Positions 54,633 through 64,000 of a stretch of 64,000 nt of DNA are shown in pieces. Each line of letters opens with the position of its first letter. Position 1 is the stretch's first letter. Source of the stretch: Spirochaetia bacterium. Lineage in GTDB: Bacteria; Spirochaetota; Spirochaetia; SZUA-6; Bin103. The DNA is taken from NCBI GenBank assembly GCA_965208575.1, contig CBDBOV010000005.1, positions 384,001 through 448,000 of the forward strand. The letters are read 5' to 3'. The position numbers and the translations under genes were made by a program. The notes under the pieces were generated by a model that was not told where the DNA came from, did no database searches, and saw nothing but the letters and a program-made list of their open reading frames with translations.

Positions 54633-57410
54633 ATGGCGGCGCGGCCCGGGCGCGACAAGCGTCTCTACCTGATCGACGGCATGCCGCTGGTGTACCGCGC
54701 CTACTTCGTGTTCCTGAACAATCCGCTGATCACCGCCAACGGCTTCAACTCGTCGGCGGTGTTCGGTTACACCACGTCGCTGCTGCAGATCCTCACCGAC
54801 GAGGAGCCTACCCACATCGCGGTGGTGTTCGATGCCCCCGGCCCCACTTGGCGTTCGCAGGAGTACGCCGACTACAAGGGCACCCGCGCCAAGGCTCCGG
54901 AGGGCGTGCGCGACTCGCTGCCGCACGTGCACCGCGTGACCGAGGCGATGGGCATCCCGATCATCAGCCACCCCGGCGTGGAGGCGGACGACGTGATCGG
55001 CACCGTCGCGCGGCGCGCCGAGGCGGCCGGCTTCGACACCTACATGGTCACGCTCGACAAGGACTTCGCGCAGCTCGTCAGCGAGCACACCTTTCTCTAC
55101 CGGCTGCCGCGCATGGGCGGCGACCCGCCGCTGATCTACGACGTGGCCGGCGTGCGCGAGCGGTTCGGCGTGGCGCGCCCGGAGCAGGTGATCGACCTGA
55201 TCGGCCTGGCCGGCGACAGCGTGGACAACATTCCCGGCATCCCGGGGGTAGGGGAGAAGACCGCGCAGAAACTGATCGACCGATTCGGCTCGGTGGAGGA
55301 GCTGGTGGCGGCAACCGATCAGCTCAAGGGCAAGCAGCGGGAGAAGATCGAGACCTTCGCGGAGCAGGCGCTGCTGTCCAAGCGCCTGGCCACCATCGAC
55401 CGCGAGCTGGAGCTGGAGGTGGAGCCGGTCGACCTGGCCACGCCGAAGCTGGACCCCGAGCGGGTGATCCCGGTGTTCCAGGAGTTCGAGTTCAACGCAC
55501 TGATCAAGCGCATCTTCGGGGACGCCGCGGCCGCTGCCGCCGCCACGCCCGGAGCGGCCGGTGCGGATGGCGGCGAACTGCGCTCGCTGGACGACCGCGA
55601 GCACGACTACGTGCTGGTGGAAGACGAGGCGGCGCGCGCCGGGCTGTGCGCCGACTTGCTGGAATGCGAGTCGGTAAGCGTGTTCGTGGTTGCCGGAGGG
55701 GGCGATGCCAAGACCTGTCCGCTGGCCGGCGTGGCGCTGTCCGGCCGGGAAGGCTCGGCAGCCTTCCTGCCGCTGCCGCAAGAGCGCGCTGCCGCCGCCG
55801 CGGTGCTGGCGGAGCTGGCGCCGTTCTGGGAACACGACGGCATCGCCAAGGTTGGGCACGACCTGAAGCGCTGGGTCACGGCGCTGCGCTGGCAGGGCGT
55901 GAGCGTGGCCGGCCGGCTGCTCGACACCCGGCTGGCCCACCAACTGGTGGAGTCGGACGGCGCGCACGACCTGGCGCTGCTGTGCGAGCACTACCTCGGC
56001 TACCAGCTCCTGACCCTGGACGAGGTCGCCGACGACCTGCTCAAGCGCGGCGACTTCAGCGCCGCGGCCCTGGCCGACGGCGGCTTGCCGCCGGCCAAGC
56101 TGGCCACCTGGGCCGGCGAACGCGCCGACCTGACCGCCGCGCTGCTGGACGCGTTGCAGGCCGAGATCGACCGCTGCGAGGAGCGCGAGTTGTGGGAGCG
56201 GATCGAGGTGCCGCTGATGCCGCTGCTGGTGGAGATGGAGTACGCCGGGGTCGGCGTGCGCGTGGACGCCCTGCGCGAATACTCGGGGGAACTGGAAAAG
56301 GAGGTCGTCGCGCACGAGCTGGAGCTGTACCGGCTTGCCGACGGTGCGTTCAACCTCAATTCCCCCAAGCAGCTCGGCGAACTGCTGTTCGAGCGGCTCA
56401 AGATCAGCGACAAGCCCAAGCGCACCCGCACCGGCCAGTACATGACCACCGAGCAGGAGCTGACCCGGCTGGCCGACCGCCACCCGATCATTCCGCTGAT
56501 CCTGGAATACCGCGCCGTGCAGAAGCTCAAGTCCACCTACGTGGACACTCTGCCGGGCGCCGTGATGCCGCAGACCGGCCGTATCCACACCACGTTCAAC
56601 CAACTGGTCGCGGCCACCGGGCGCCTCAACTCCGAGGGGCCCAACCTGCAGAACATTCCGATCCGCAGCGACCGCGGGCGGGAGATCCGGCGCGCCTTCG
56701 TGGCCCCCGAGGACCAGGTGCTGCTCGCCGCCGACTACTCGCAGATCGAACTGCGCATCATGGCGGCGATCACCGAAGATCCGGGCCTGGTGGAGGCGTT
56801 CGCGGAAGAGGTGGACATCCATGCCGCCACCTCGGCGCGCGTGTTCGGCGTGCCGCTGGACCAGGTGACCGCCGACATGCGCCGCCGCGCCAAGATGATC
56901 AACTTCGGGCTGATGTACGGCATGTCCGCGTTCGGCCTCGCGCAGCGCCTCAACATCGCCCGCGCCGAGGCGCGCGCCATCATCGAGCGCTACTTCGAGC
57001 AGTTCCCGAACATCAAGCAGTACATGGGCGACACCGTGGCGGGTGCCCGCGAGCATGGCTACGTGCAGACCATGCGCGGCCGGCGCCGCTACCTGCGCGA
57101 CATCAACTCACGCAACCACGCGGCGCGTGCGGCATCCGAGCGGATCGCCATCAACGCGCCGATCCAGGGCAGCGCGGCCGACATGATCAAGATCGCCATG
57201 CTCGACATCGACCGCGAACTGCGCGGCAATCGGCTGACGGCGCGGATGATCCTGCAAGTGCACGACGAACTGGTGTTCGAGGTGCCGCACGGCGAGTTGG
57301 AGCAGGTGCAGGACCTCGTGGTGCGCGGCATGCGCGACGCGCTGCCCCTCGGCCGGGTGCCGGTGGTGGTCGAAGTCGGCACCGGCCCCGACTGGCTGGA
57401 AGCACACTGA
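54633..57410 (+). CDS. polA: DNA polymerase I
   Basis: 5'-3' exonuclease (EADD, GDSVDNIPG); DYSQIELR, KMINFG, QVHDEL. Confidence 0.97.
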   Translation: MAARPGRDKRLYLIDGMPLVYRAYFVFLNNPLITANGFNSSAVFGYTTSLLQILTDEEPTHIAVVFDAPGPTWRSQEYADYKGTRAKAPEGVRDSLPHVHRVTEAMGIPIISHPGVEADDVIGTVARRAEAAGFDTYMVTLDKDFAQLVSEHTFLYRLPRMGGDPPLIYDVAGVRERFGVARPEQVIDLIGLAGDSVDNIPGIPGVGEKTAQKLIDRFGSVEELVAATDQLKGKQREKIETFAEQALLSKRLATIDRELELEVEPVDLATPKLDPERVIPVFQEFEFNALIKRIFGDAAAAAAATPGAAGADGGELRSLDDREHDYVLVEDEAARAGLCADLLECESVSVFVVAGGGDAKTCPLAGVALSGREGSAAFLPLPQERAAAAAVLAELAPFWEHDGIAKVGHDLKRWVTALRWQGVSVAGRLLDTRLAHQLVESDGAHDLALLCEHYLGYQLLTLDEVADDLLKRGDFSAAALADGGLPPAKLATWAGERADLTAALLDALQAEIDRCEERELWERIEVPLMPLLVEMEYAGVGVRVDALREYSGELEKEVVAHELELYRLADGAFNLNSPKQLGELLFERLKISDKPKRTRTGQYMTTEQELTRLADRHPIIPLILEYRAVQKLKSTYVDTLPGAVMPQTGRIHTTFNQLVAATGRLNSEGPNLQNIPIRSDRGREIRRAFVAPEDQVLLAADYSQIELRIMAAITEDPGLVEAFAEEVDIHAATSARVFGVPLDQVTADMRRRAKMINFGLMYGMSAFGLAQRLNIARAEARAIIERYFEQFPNIKQYMGDTVAGAREHGYVQTMRGRRRYLRDINSRNHAARAASERIAINAPIQGSAADMIKIAMLDIDRELRGNRLTARMILQVHDELVFEVPHGELEQVQDLVVRGMRDALPLGRVPVVVEVGTGPDWLEAH

Positions 57411-57504
57411 CCCGCCGGCCGGTGCGGCGGCGGCGCTACGCGCGGCCAGAGGCAATTGGCCGGGATGGGCCAAAGGCGACGCCCCGGGCGGCGCTCATGG
57501 GGCG

Positions 57505-58608
57505 CTATTGGCCGCTGCGGACGGTTTGCGCCTCCTGGCGCAGCAGGTGGTCGGCCAGGACCAGGTTGAACATGGCGTCCACCAGCGGCACCGCGCGCGG
57601 CAGCACACAGGGGTCGTGGCGGCCGCGCGGGCGCAGGATCACCTCGTTGCCCGCCTCGTCCACCGTCTGCTGCGGGCGCAGGATGGTGGCGGTGGGCTTG
57701 AAGGCGGCGCGGATGACGATCTGCTCGCCGTTGGAGATGCCGCCCTGCACGCCGCCGGAACGGTTGCTGCGCGTGCGCACGCGCCGCCCGCCGGAGTCCT
57801 CCGCCATGTAGAACGGGTCGTTGTGGGTGCTGCCGGTCATGCGCGTGCCGGCGAAGCCGGAGCCGATCTCGAAGCCGCGGCAGGCGGGCAGCGACAGCAT
57901 CGCCTTGGCCAGATCGGCGTCGAGCTTGTCGAACACCGGTTCGCCGAGGCCGGGCGGCACGCCGTGGGCGACCGACTCGACCACGCCGCCGAGCGAGTCG
58001 CCCGCCTTGCGGGCGGCGTCGATGCGCTGCTCGATGGCGGCCGCCGCCTCCGGGTCGGGGCAGCGGGTGATGTGCGCCTCCACGGCGTCGCGGGTCACCT
58101 CGCCCGCCACCACGCCGGCCTCGATGTCCTGCACCCGCTTGACGTAGGACACCACCGCGGCGCCGCAGCGCTCGCCCAGCAGCTTGGCCGCGATGGCGCC
58201 GGCCGCGACCCGCCCGATGGTCTCGCGCGCGCTCGCCCGGCCGCCGCCGCGCCAGTCGCGCCGCCCGTACTTGGCGTCGTAGGTGTAGTCGGCATGCGAC
58301 GGGCGGTACATGGTGCGCATCTCGTCGTAGTCGCGCGAGCGGGCGTCCTTGTTGCGCACCAGGATGTGGATCGCGGTGCCGGTGGTAAGGCCCTCGAACA
58401 CGCCGGACAGGATCTCGGCGCGGTCGCTCTCGGCGCGTTGGGTGGTGATGCGGCTCTGGCCGGGGCGGCGCCGGTCCAGCTCCGCCTGCACGTCGGCCTC
58501 GGCGAGGGCGATGCCCGGTGGGCAGCCGTCGATTACCACGCCGACCGCGGGTCCGTGCGACTCGCCCCAGGTGGTAATGCGAAACAGGTGCCCGAAGGTA
58601 CTTGCCAT
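57505..58608 (-). CDS. aroC: Chorismate synthase
   Basis: GESHG, RPSHAD, RASARET, GGISNG, RHDPC. Confidence 0.96.
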   Translation of the reverse strand: MASTFGHLFRITTWGESHGPAVGVVIDGCPPGIALAEADVQAELDRRRPGQSRITTQRAESDRAEILSGVFEGLTTGTAIHILVRNKDARSRDYDEMRTMYRPSHADYTYDAKYGRRDWRGGGRASARETIGRVAAGAIAAKLLGERCGAAVVSYVKRVQDIEAGVVAGEVTRDAVEAHITRCPDPEAAAAIEQRIDAARKAGDSLGGVVESVAHGVPPGLGEPVFDKLDADLAKAMLSLPACRGFEIGSGFAGTRMTGSTHNDPFYMAEDSGGRRVRTRSNRSGGVQGGISNGEQIVIRAAFKPTATILRPQQTVDEAGNEVILRPRGRHDPCVLPRAVPLVDAMFNLVLADHLLRQEAQTVRSGQ

Positions 58609-58627
58609 GGCTCTCCCCCCGGCCCGG

Positions 58628-59872
58628 CTAGCCGACCGCCGCCGCCGCCGGGGCTGGTGCGCACGTCTCGGCGGCAACGGGAAACGGCTGCCGCGGGGTG
58701 GCGGCGTCCGGATACGCATCGGCGGGCAGCTCGGGCAGCGGCGCCGCCGGCCGGTCGCCGTTCAGCGGGTTGGGCTCGCGCCACACGGCGCCGTTCCAGG
58801 TGCGCACCAGCACCTCGTCGCCGGAGCGCCCAAGCAGGTACTGCGGCAGCAGCGGCACCTTCCCGTACGGCGTGTCGAGCACGTAGTTGGGTACGCCGAA
58901 GCCGGTGGTGTGGCCACGCAGCGCCTGCATGATCTCCAGTCCCTGCTCGATGGTGGTGCGCAGGTGGGCGGTGCCGGCCAGGAGCTGGCAGTGGAAGATG
59001 TAGTAGGGCCGCACGCGCATGCGCAGCAGGCCGTGCACCAGGGCGCGCATCACGCCGGCATCGTCGTTCACCCCCTTGAGGAGCACGGTCTGGTTGCCAA
59101 GCGGGATGCCCGCCGCCAGCAGCAGGTCGCACGCCCCGGCAGCCTCCGCGGTGAGCTCGCGCGGATGGTTGAAGTGGGTGTTGAGCCAGATCGGATGGTG
59201 GCGGGCGAGTATCCCGCACAGCTCCGGGGTGATGCGCTGCGGCAGCGTGCACGGGGTGCGGGTGCCGAAGCGGATGATCTCGACGTGGTCGATGGCGCGC
59301 AGGCGGCCGAGCAGCTCGTCGAGGCGCCGGTCCGAGAACAGGAACGGGTCGCCGCCGGTCACCAGCACGTCGCGGATCGCCTCGTGGGCGGCGATGTAGG
59401 CCAGGCCGGCGTCGATCTTGCGGCGCGTATGGTGCTCGTCTTCGTTACCCACGAAGTACTCGCGAAAGCAGTAGCGGCAATAGGTGGGGCACACGTTGGT
59501 GATCTTGAACGCCACCCGGTCGGGGTACACGTGCACTACCGCGTCCACCGGCGAGTTGTCCAGCTCGGACAGCGGGTCGGCGAGGCCGGACTCGTCGTCC
59601 AACTCCTGCACGGCGGGTACCTGCTGGCGGCGCAGCGGACAGGCCGGGTCGTCCGGGTCCATCAGGCTGGCGTAGTAGGGGGTGATGCTCCATCGGTAGT
59701 GGCGCCCGGCTGCCCGGATCTGTTCCCGCTCGGCGTGGCTCAGGCGCAGGTAGCGGCCCAATTCCTCCACGCTGGAGATGCGATGGGTCATCTGCCAGCG
59801 CCAGTCGTTCCACTGTGCAGTGTCGTGGCCGCCGTGGCCGCCGTGGCCGCCGCGGCCGCCGGGTGCGTTCAT
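58628..59872 (-). CDS. KamA-family radical SAM aminomutase
   Basis: [50 protein letters not shown]. Confidence 0.9.
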   Translation of the reverse strand: MNAPGGRGGHGGHGGHDTAQWNDWRWQMTHRISSVEELGRYLRLSHAEREQIRAAGRHYRWSITPYYASLMDPDDPACPLRRQQVPAVQELDDESGLADPLSELDNSPVDAVVHVYPDRVAFKITNVCPTYCRYCFREYFVGNEDEHHTRRKIDAGLAYIAAHEAIRDVLVTGGDPFLFSDRRLDELLGRLRAIDHVEIIRFGTRTPCTLPQRITPELCGILARHHPIWLNTHFNHPRELTAEAAGACDLLLAAGIPLGNQTVLLKGVNDDAGVMRALVHGLLRMRVRPYYIFHCQLLAGTAHLRTTIEQGLEIMQALRGHTTGFGVPNYVLDTPYGKVPLLPQYLLGRSGDEVLVRTWNGAVWREPNPLNGDRPAAPLPELPADAYPDAATPRQPFPVAAETCAPAPAAAAVG

Positions 59873-60014
59873 CGCGGCCAATATAACACGTGAGTCTGTG
59901 CGGTCACTCCGTGACAGCGAAGACGACGAAGACCGATACCCAAGCAGCGCCGCCGGCCGGCCCATTCGGCCCAGGCACCGGCGCCTGCCGGCGGCATCTG
60001 CTACAATCGTGCCG

Positions 60015-60485
60015 ATGTCGACACCGGATTGGCGCGACCAGGGGGTGCGCGTGGTCAAGGGAGACCGGCTCGACGGCAACACGCCGCAGACGCCCGGCAT
60101 GACGCGGGCGGCCGCGATCAACCGCGCTACGGTGGGGGCCGAGAAGCTGTGGGCCGGAACCGTCGAGATCCACCCCAACGCCAAGACCGGCGCGCACCAC
60201 CACGGCGCGCTGGAGAGCGTGATCTACGTGGTCAGCGGACGGGCGCGCATGCGCTGGGGAGATCGGCTGGAGTACGTGGCCGAAGCCGGGCCCGGCGACT
60301 TCATCTACGTGCCGCCATACGTCCCGCACCAGGAGATCAACGCCAGCCGTGACCGGCCGCTGTCATGCGTGCTGGTGCGCAGCGACCAGGAGCCGGTGGT
60401 GGTGAACCTCGACATTCCGGTGGCCGAGAAACCGGAACAGGTGGAGTGGATCGATCCGATCCATCCCTCCAACGCGTGGCGGTGA
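60015..60485 (+). CDS. Cupin-domain protein
   Basis: TGAHHHG..E, GDFIYVPP..PHQE.N. Confidence 0.88.
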   Translation: MSTPDWRDQGVRVVKGDRLDGNTPQTPGMTRAAAINRATVGAEKLWAGTVEIHPNAKTGAHHHGALESVIYVVSGRARMRWGDRLEYVAEAGPGDFIYVPPYVPHQEINASRDRPLSCVLVRSDQEPVVVNLDIPVAEKPEQVEWIDPIHPSNAWR

Positions 60486-60552
60486 CGGCCGCGACGGCCG
60501 CGACATCCGCGACGGCCGGCACAATCGTCCCGAAACCGGTAGACTGCCGCCG

Positions 60553-61152
60553 ATGCGGGAAGTGAATGGCCGGCTGGAGCAGCAGATCGCGTTTCTGGTC
60601 GAGGCGGACAAGCTGAAGCGGGTGTTGCGGCGCAGTTCCATCAGCGGCGGGCAGCGGCTGGAGAACTCCGCCGAGCACTCGTGGCACCTGGCGCTGATGG
60701 CGCTGGTGCTGGCCGAGCACGCGGCGGCGCCCGGCCTCGATCTGCTCCAGGTGCTCAGGATGCTGGCCGTGCACGACCTGGTGGAGATCGACGCCGGCGA
60801 CACCTTCGCCTACGACGCGGAGGCGCGCAAGGGTCAGAAGGAGCGCGAGGAACGCGCCGCCGAGCGCATCTTCGCCCTGCTGCCGGGAACGCAGGGCGCC
60901 GAGCTGCGTGCGGCGTGGGACGAGTTCGAGGCGCGCGTCAGCCCCGAGGCGCGCTTCGCCGCGGCGCTCGACCGCCTGCAGCCGATGCTGCTCAACTACG
61001 TGAACGGCGGCTCCGGCTGGCAACGCAACGGCGTGCGCGCCGACCAGGTGCGCGACCTGAACCGCAGCATTGACGCCGGCGCGCCGGAGCTGTGGCGCTA
61101 CGCGGCCGGCCTGATCGAAGACGCCGTCCAGCGCGGCTACCTTGCGCCGTGA
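60553..61152 (+). CDS. HD-domain phosphohydrolase
   Basis: ENSAEHSWH, HDLVEI.AGD, DRLQP. Confidence 0.9.
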   Translation: MREVNGRLEQQIAFLVEADKLKRVLRRSSISGGQRLENSAEHSWHLALMALVLAEHAAAPGLDLLQVLRMLAVHDLVEIDAGDTFAYDAEARKGQKEREERAAERIFALLPGTQGAELRAAWDEFEARVSPEARFAAALDRLQPMLLNYVNGGSGWQRNGVRADQVRDLNRSIDAGAPELWRYAAGLIEDAVQRGYLAP

Positions 61153-61223
61153 GCGGCATGAGCGTGTTGGTGTCCGCCGCGGTGAATCGGCGCTACCCTA
61201 TATATGCGGAGGGGGACAAGCAG

Positions 61224-61937
61224 ATGATTGATCGTACGTGCAAGGCCGCCCGGACCCTTGCGGTGGCAACATTGCTGCTGGCGGGCAGCATACTGGCAGG
61301 AGCGCAGAGCGGATCGCCTCCGGAGTACGGCTACGGCAACATTCCGTTCGGGAGCACGGCGCAGCAGGTGCTGGCCGAACTTGGCGGCTCGACCGTGGAG
61401 ACACCGGGCGCGGAGGCGCACTTCATCGGCCACTACGAAGTGTTGCGGGACTTCTTCGCCGAGGGGATGGAGCCCGACGTGATCGGGCTGCAGCAGCAGT
61501 TCAACGTCGACGTCGCCCGCATGTACCGGGTGTCGTACGCCGGCTGGAGCAACGTCAAGTCGATGGAACTGTACTTCTACCGCGAGCACGGTGCGCCGGA
61601 GGAACTGTCCTCCTACCGCCTGTTCATGGTGCGCAAGACGTTGAAGACCGGCGGCAGCGGCAGCCACACCGACGTGTCCGAAATCCTGGAGAACGCGATC
61701 ACGGACCGGCTCGCCGTGCAGCCGGTGAACTACGACGTGAAGTACATCGCGTTCTCCGCGCGCATCTCGAAGTGGGCTGCGCCCGACAGCGACATCTTCC
61801 TGCTGGTGTTCCAGAACATCTTCAGCGCCAGCGACGCCGACATCCTGTACCGCGACCGCGAGCAGTGGAGCAGCTACGTTGCCGCACACCGGAGCGAAGC
61901 CGGCGAGCAGACCCGCTCCGCCGGCAGCAGCTTCTGA
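61224..61937 (+). CDS. Exported hypothetical protein
   Basis: Signal peptide LAVATLLLAGSILAGA; codon usage like the surrounding genes. Confidence 0.7.
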   Translation: MIDRTCKAARTLAVATLLLAGSILAGAQSGSPPEYGYGNIPFGSTAQQVLAELGGSTVETPGAEAHFIGHYEVLRDFFAEGMEPDVIGLQQQFNVDVARMYRVSYAGWSNVKSMELYFYREHGAPEELSSYRLFMVRKTLKTGGSGSHTDVSEILENAITDRLAVQPVNYDVKYIAFSARISKWAAPDSDIFLLVFQNIFSASDADILYRDREQWSSYVAAHRSEAGEQTRSAGSSF

Positions 61938-61942
61938 CGCCT

Positions 61943-62986
61943 ATGAGCGGGACCATGAAGAAGGCGGTGATCCACGGGCCGCGGCAGGCGGGGCTGGTCG
62001 AGATGCCGATCCCGGAGCCGCGCGCCGACCTGGTGCTGATCAAGGTGCGGGCGGTGCCGATGTGCACCGAGTACAAGACCTGGGAATCGGGCAGCACCGC
62101 GGAGTCTCTCGGGCATGAAGGGGTGGGCGAGGTGGCGGCCGTGGACGGCCACTCCGACCTGGCGGTCGGCGACCGGGTGGTGATTCTGGGGCTGTTGTCC
62201 TGCGGAACCTGCCGCTACTGCCGCACCGGGAACGTCATGCACTGCACGCGCAAGACCGCTCATCGGAGTCGGCACGGCAGCCAGCCCGGCGGCCAGGAAC
62301 GCACCGGCGCCTACGCGCAATACCGTCTGGCGCGGTCCTGGATGCTGCCGCGCATCCCGGCCGATGTCTCGTTCGACCAGGCGGCGCTGACCTGGTGCGG
62401 ACTGGGGCCCACGTTCGGCGCGATGCAGCGCATGGCGGTCGATGCGTTCGACACGGTGCTGGTTACCGGCGCCGGGCCGGTGGGGCTCGGCGCCCTGGTG
62501 AACGCCGCCTGGCGGGGGGCGCGCGCCATCGTGGTCGAGGGCGTGCCGTGGCGCGTCGAGCGCGCCCGCGCCATGGGCGCCGCCGAAGTGTTGGATCCGG
62601 GCGATCCCGACCTGGTAGAGCGCATCCGGTCGCTCACCGACGACGGCATCGGGGTCGACTGCGCCGTGGAGTGCGCCGGGGTGGTCGCCGCGCAACGGGT
62701 GTGCATCGAGGCGACCCGGCCGCGGGGTCAGGTCGCGTTCGTGGCCGAGTGCGACGACGAACTGCCGATCCGCATCAGCCCCGACATGATCAGGACCGGG
62801 TTGACGCTGATCGGCCAATGGCACTACAGCATGAACGACTTCGAGCGCCTGCTGGCGGTGGTGCGCTCGTCGCCGCTCTTGGAGCAGCACGTCAGCCACC
62901 GGCTGCCGATGAGCCGGGTGCAGGACGCCCTGGAGCTGTGCGCTTCGCACCAGTGCGGCAAGGTGATTCTCGATCCCTGGAAGTGA
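61943..62986 (+). CDS. Zinc-binding alcohol dehydrogenase
   Basis: MCTE, GHEG, CGTCRYC..G....C, GAGPVG. Confidence 0.9.
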   Translation: MSGTMKKAVIHGPRQAGLVEMPIPEPRADLVLIKVRAVPMCTEYKTWESGSTAESLGHEGVGEVAAVDGHSDLAVGDRVVILGLLSCGTCRYCRTGNVMHCTRKTAHRSRHGSQPGGQERTGAYAQYRLARSWMLPRIPADVSFDQAALTWCGLGPTFGAMQRMAVDAFDTVLVTGAGPVGLGALVNAAWRGARAIVVEGVPWRVERARAMGAAEVLDPGDPDLVERIRSLTDDGIGVDCAVECAGVVAAQRVCIEATRPRGQVAFVAECDDELPIRISPDMIRTGLTLIGQWHYSMNDFERLLAVVRSSPLLEQHVSHRLPMSRVQDALELCASHQCGKVILDPWK

Positions 62987-62992
62987 GGAAAC

Positions 62993-63865
62993 ATGAGTAA
63001 GCAGATACGGATCGGCGGGCCGGTGTTCGCCCCAGTCGAGACCCCGGAGCAGTTCGTGCGGCACCTGCAGGAGCAGGGGTTCGCGGCCACCTATCATCCG
63101 CACTTCGCGGATCCGGCGCTGCTCGCCGAGGCGGTGGCGGCGCTGGCGGAGGCGGACATCGTGATCGCCGAGACCGGCGCGTTCGGCATCAACGTCCTGG
63201 ATCCCAACGTGGAGCAGCGCGAACGCAACATCGCCGAGATCTGCCGGCGCCTGGAAAGCGCGGAGCAGATCGGTTCGCTGTGCTGCGTGGCGCACGGCGG
63301 CTGGGCGGGCAGCAACTCGTTCAACAAGCACTATCCGGACAACTTCAGCGCGCGCTCGGTCGACAACCTGGTGGCGGCGGTGCAGCGCATCATCGACACG
63401 GTACAGCCGAAGCGTACGAAGTTCGTGCTGGAGACCGAGTCGCGCTACCTGCCCGACTCCGCGGACCTCTACCTGGAGATCCTGCAGGCGGTGGACCGGC
63501 CGGCATTCGGCGCCCACCTGGATCCGGTCAACATCACCTCCAGCCCGCGCCGCTTCTACCGCAGCGGCGACTTCATCCGCGACTGTTTCGCCAGGCTTGG
63601 GCCGCACCTGGTGAGCTGCCACGCCAAGGACACCCAGATGCCGCGCCACGTGCAGGTGCGCTTCGACGAGACCTTCGCCGGCAACGGCAGCCTCGACTAC
63701 CATGCCTATTTCACCGAGCTTGCCAAGCTCGACGCCGACGTGCCGCTGATGATCGAGCACGTCAACGCGCGCCAGTTGCGCTGGGCCACCGACTACCTGT
63801 TCGAGCAGGCCGCCGGCGCCGGCGTCGCCATCCGCCACGCCGACCGCCGAACCGAACCGGCATAG
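62993..63865 (+). CDS. Sugar phosphate isomerase/epimerase (xylose isomerase-like TIM barrel)
   Basis: LE, HLDPVN, CHAKD, IEH metal-binding motifs. Confidence 0.85.
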   Translation: MSKQIRIGGPVFAPVETPEQFVRHLQEQGFAATYHPHFADPALLAEAVAALAEADIVIAETGAFGINVLDPNVEQRERNIAEICRRLESAEQIGSLCCVAHGGWAGSNSFNKHYPDNFSARSVDNLVAAVQRIIDTVQPKRTKFVLETESRYLPDSADLYLEILQAVDRPAFGAHLDPVNITSSPRRFYRSGDFIRDCFARLGPHLVSCHAKDTQMPRHVQVRFDETFAGNGSLDYHAYFTELAKLDADVPLMIEHVNARQLRWATDYLFEQAAGAGVAIRHADRRTEPA

Positions 63866-64000
63866 CACGCCTCCCTCCGGGCGGATCCGGGTCAGTGGAA
63901 GTCGTGACTGCGGATCGGTAGGGCGGATCGGGTTCCGGGCGGGCGTGCGCCGTCGCCGTGATCGTCGGGTGCGGCCGGCAGGTCGGGGAGCCAGAAGCGC

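Overview
High-GC bacterial window with housekeeping blocks and interspersed accessory DNA. The housekeeping blocks are a PyrR-attenuated pyrR-B-C-carA-carB-pyrK-D-F operon, a DEAD-box helicase, folD-fchA, ilvBN, leuS, polA and aroC. The first 12.6 kb hold catabolic enzymes (including a MaoC/CoA-transferase III/CitE trio), several toxin-antitoxin-type modules and gene remnants. The most unusual part is about 27.4-43.6 kb. It holds three paralogous membrane-anchored LytTR regulators, two broken LuxR-type genes, and exported proteins (a large Ig/cadherin-like lipoprotein, a putative beta-barrel and a pentapeptide-repeat protein). Four intergenic clusters of a palindromic TTCGYGAA motif, twice at a 20-bp period, suggest a shared regulon. 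An IS110 element interrupts the third LytTR gene at a CTCA core. Its left non-coding end carries short segments matching both its donor junction and its target, in an order that fits a bridge RNA encoded antisense to the transposase. An IS1634 element is also present. I saw no rRNA, tRNA or CRISPR array. All calls come from reading motifs by eye; no searches were run.
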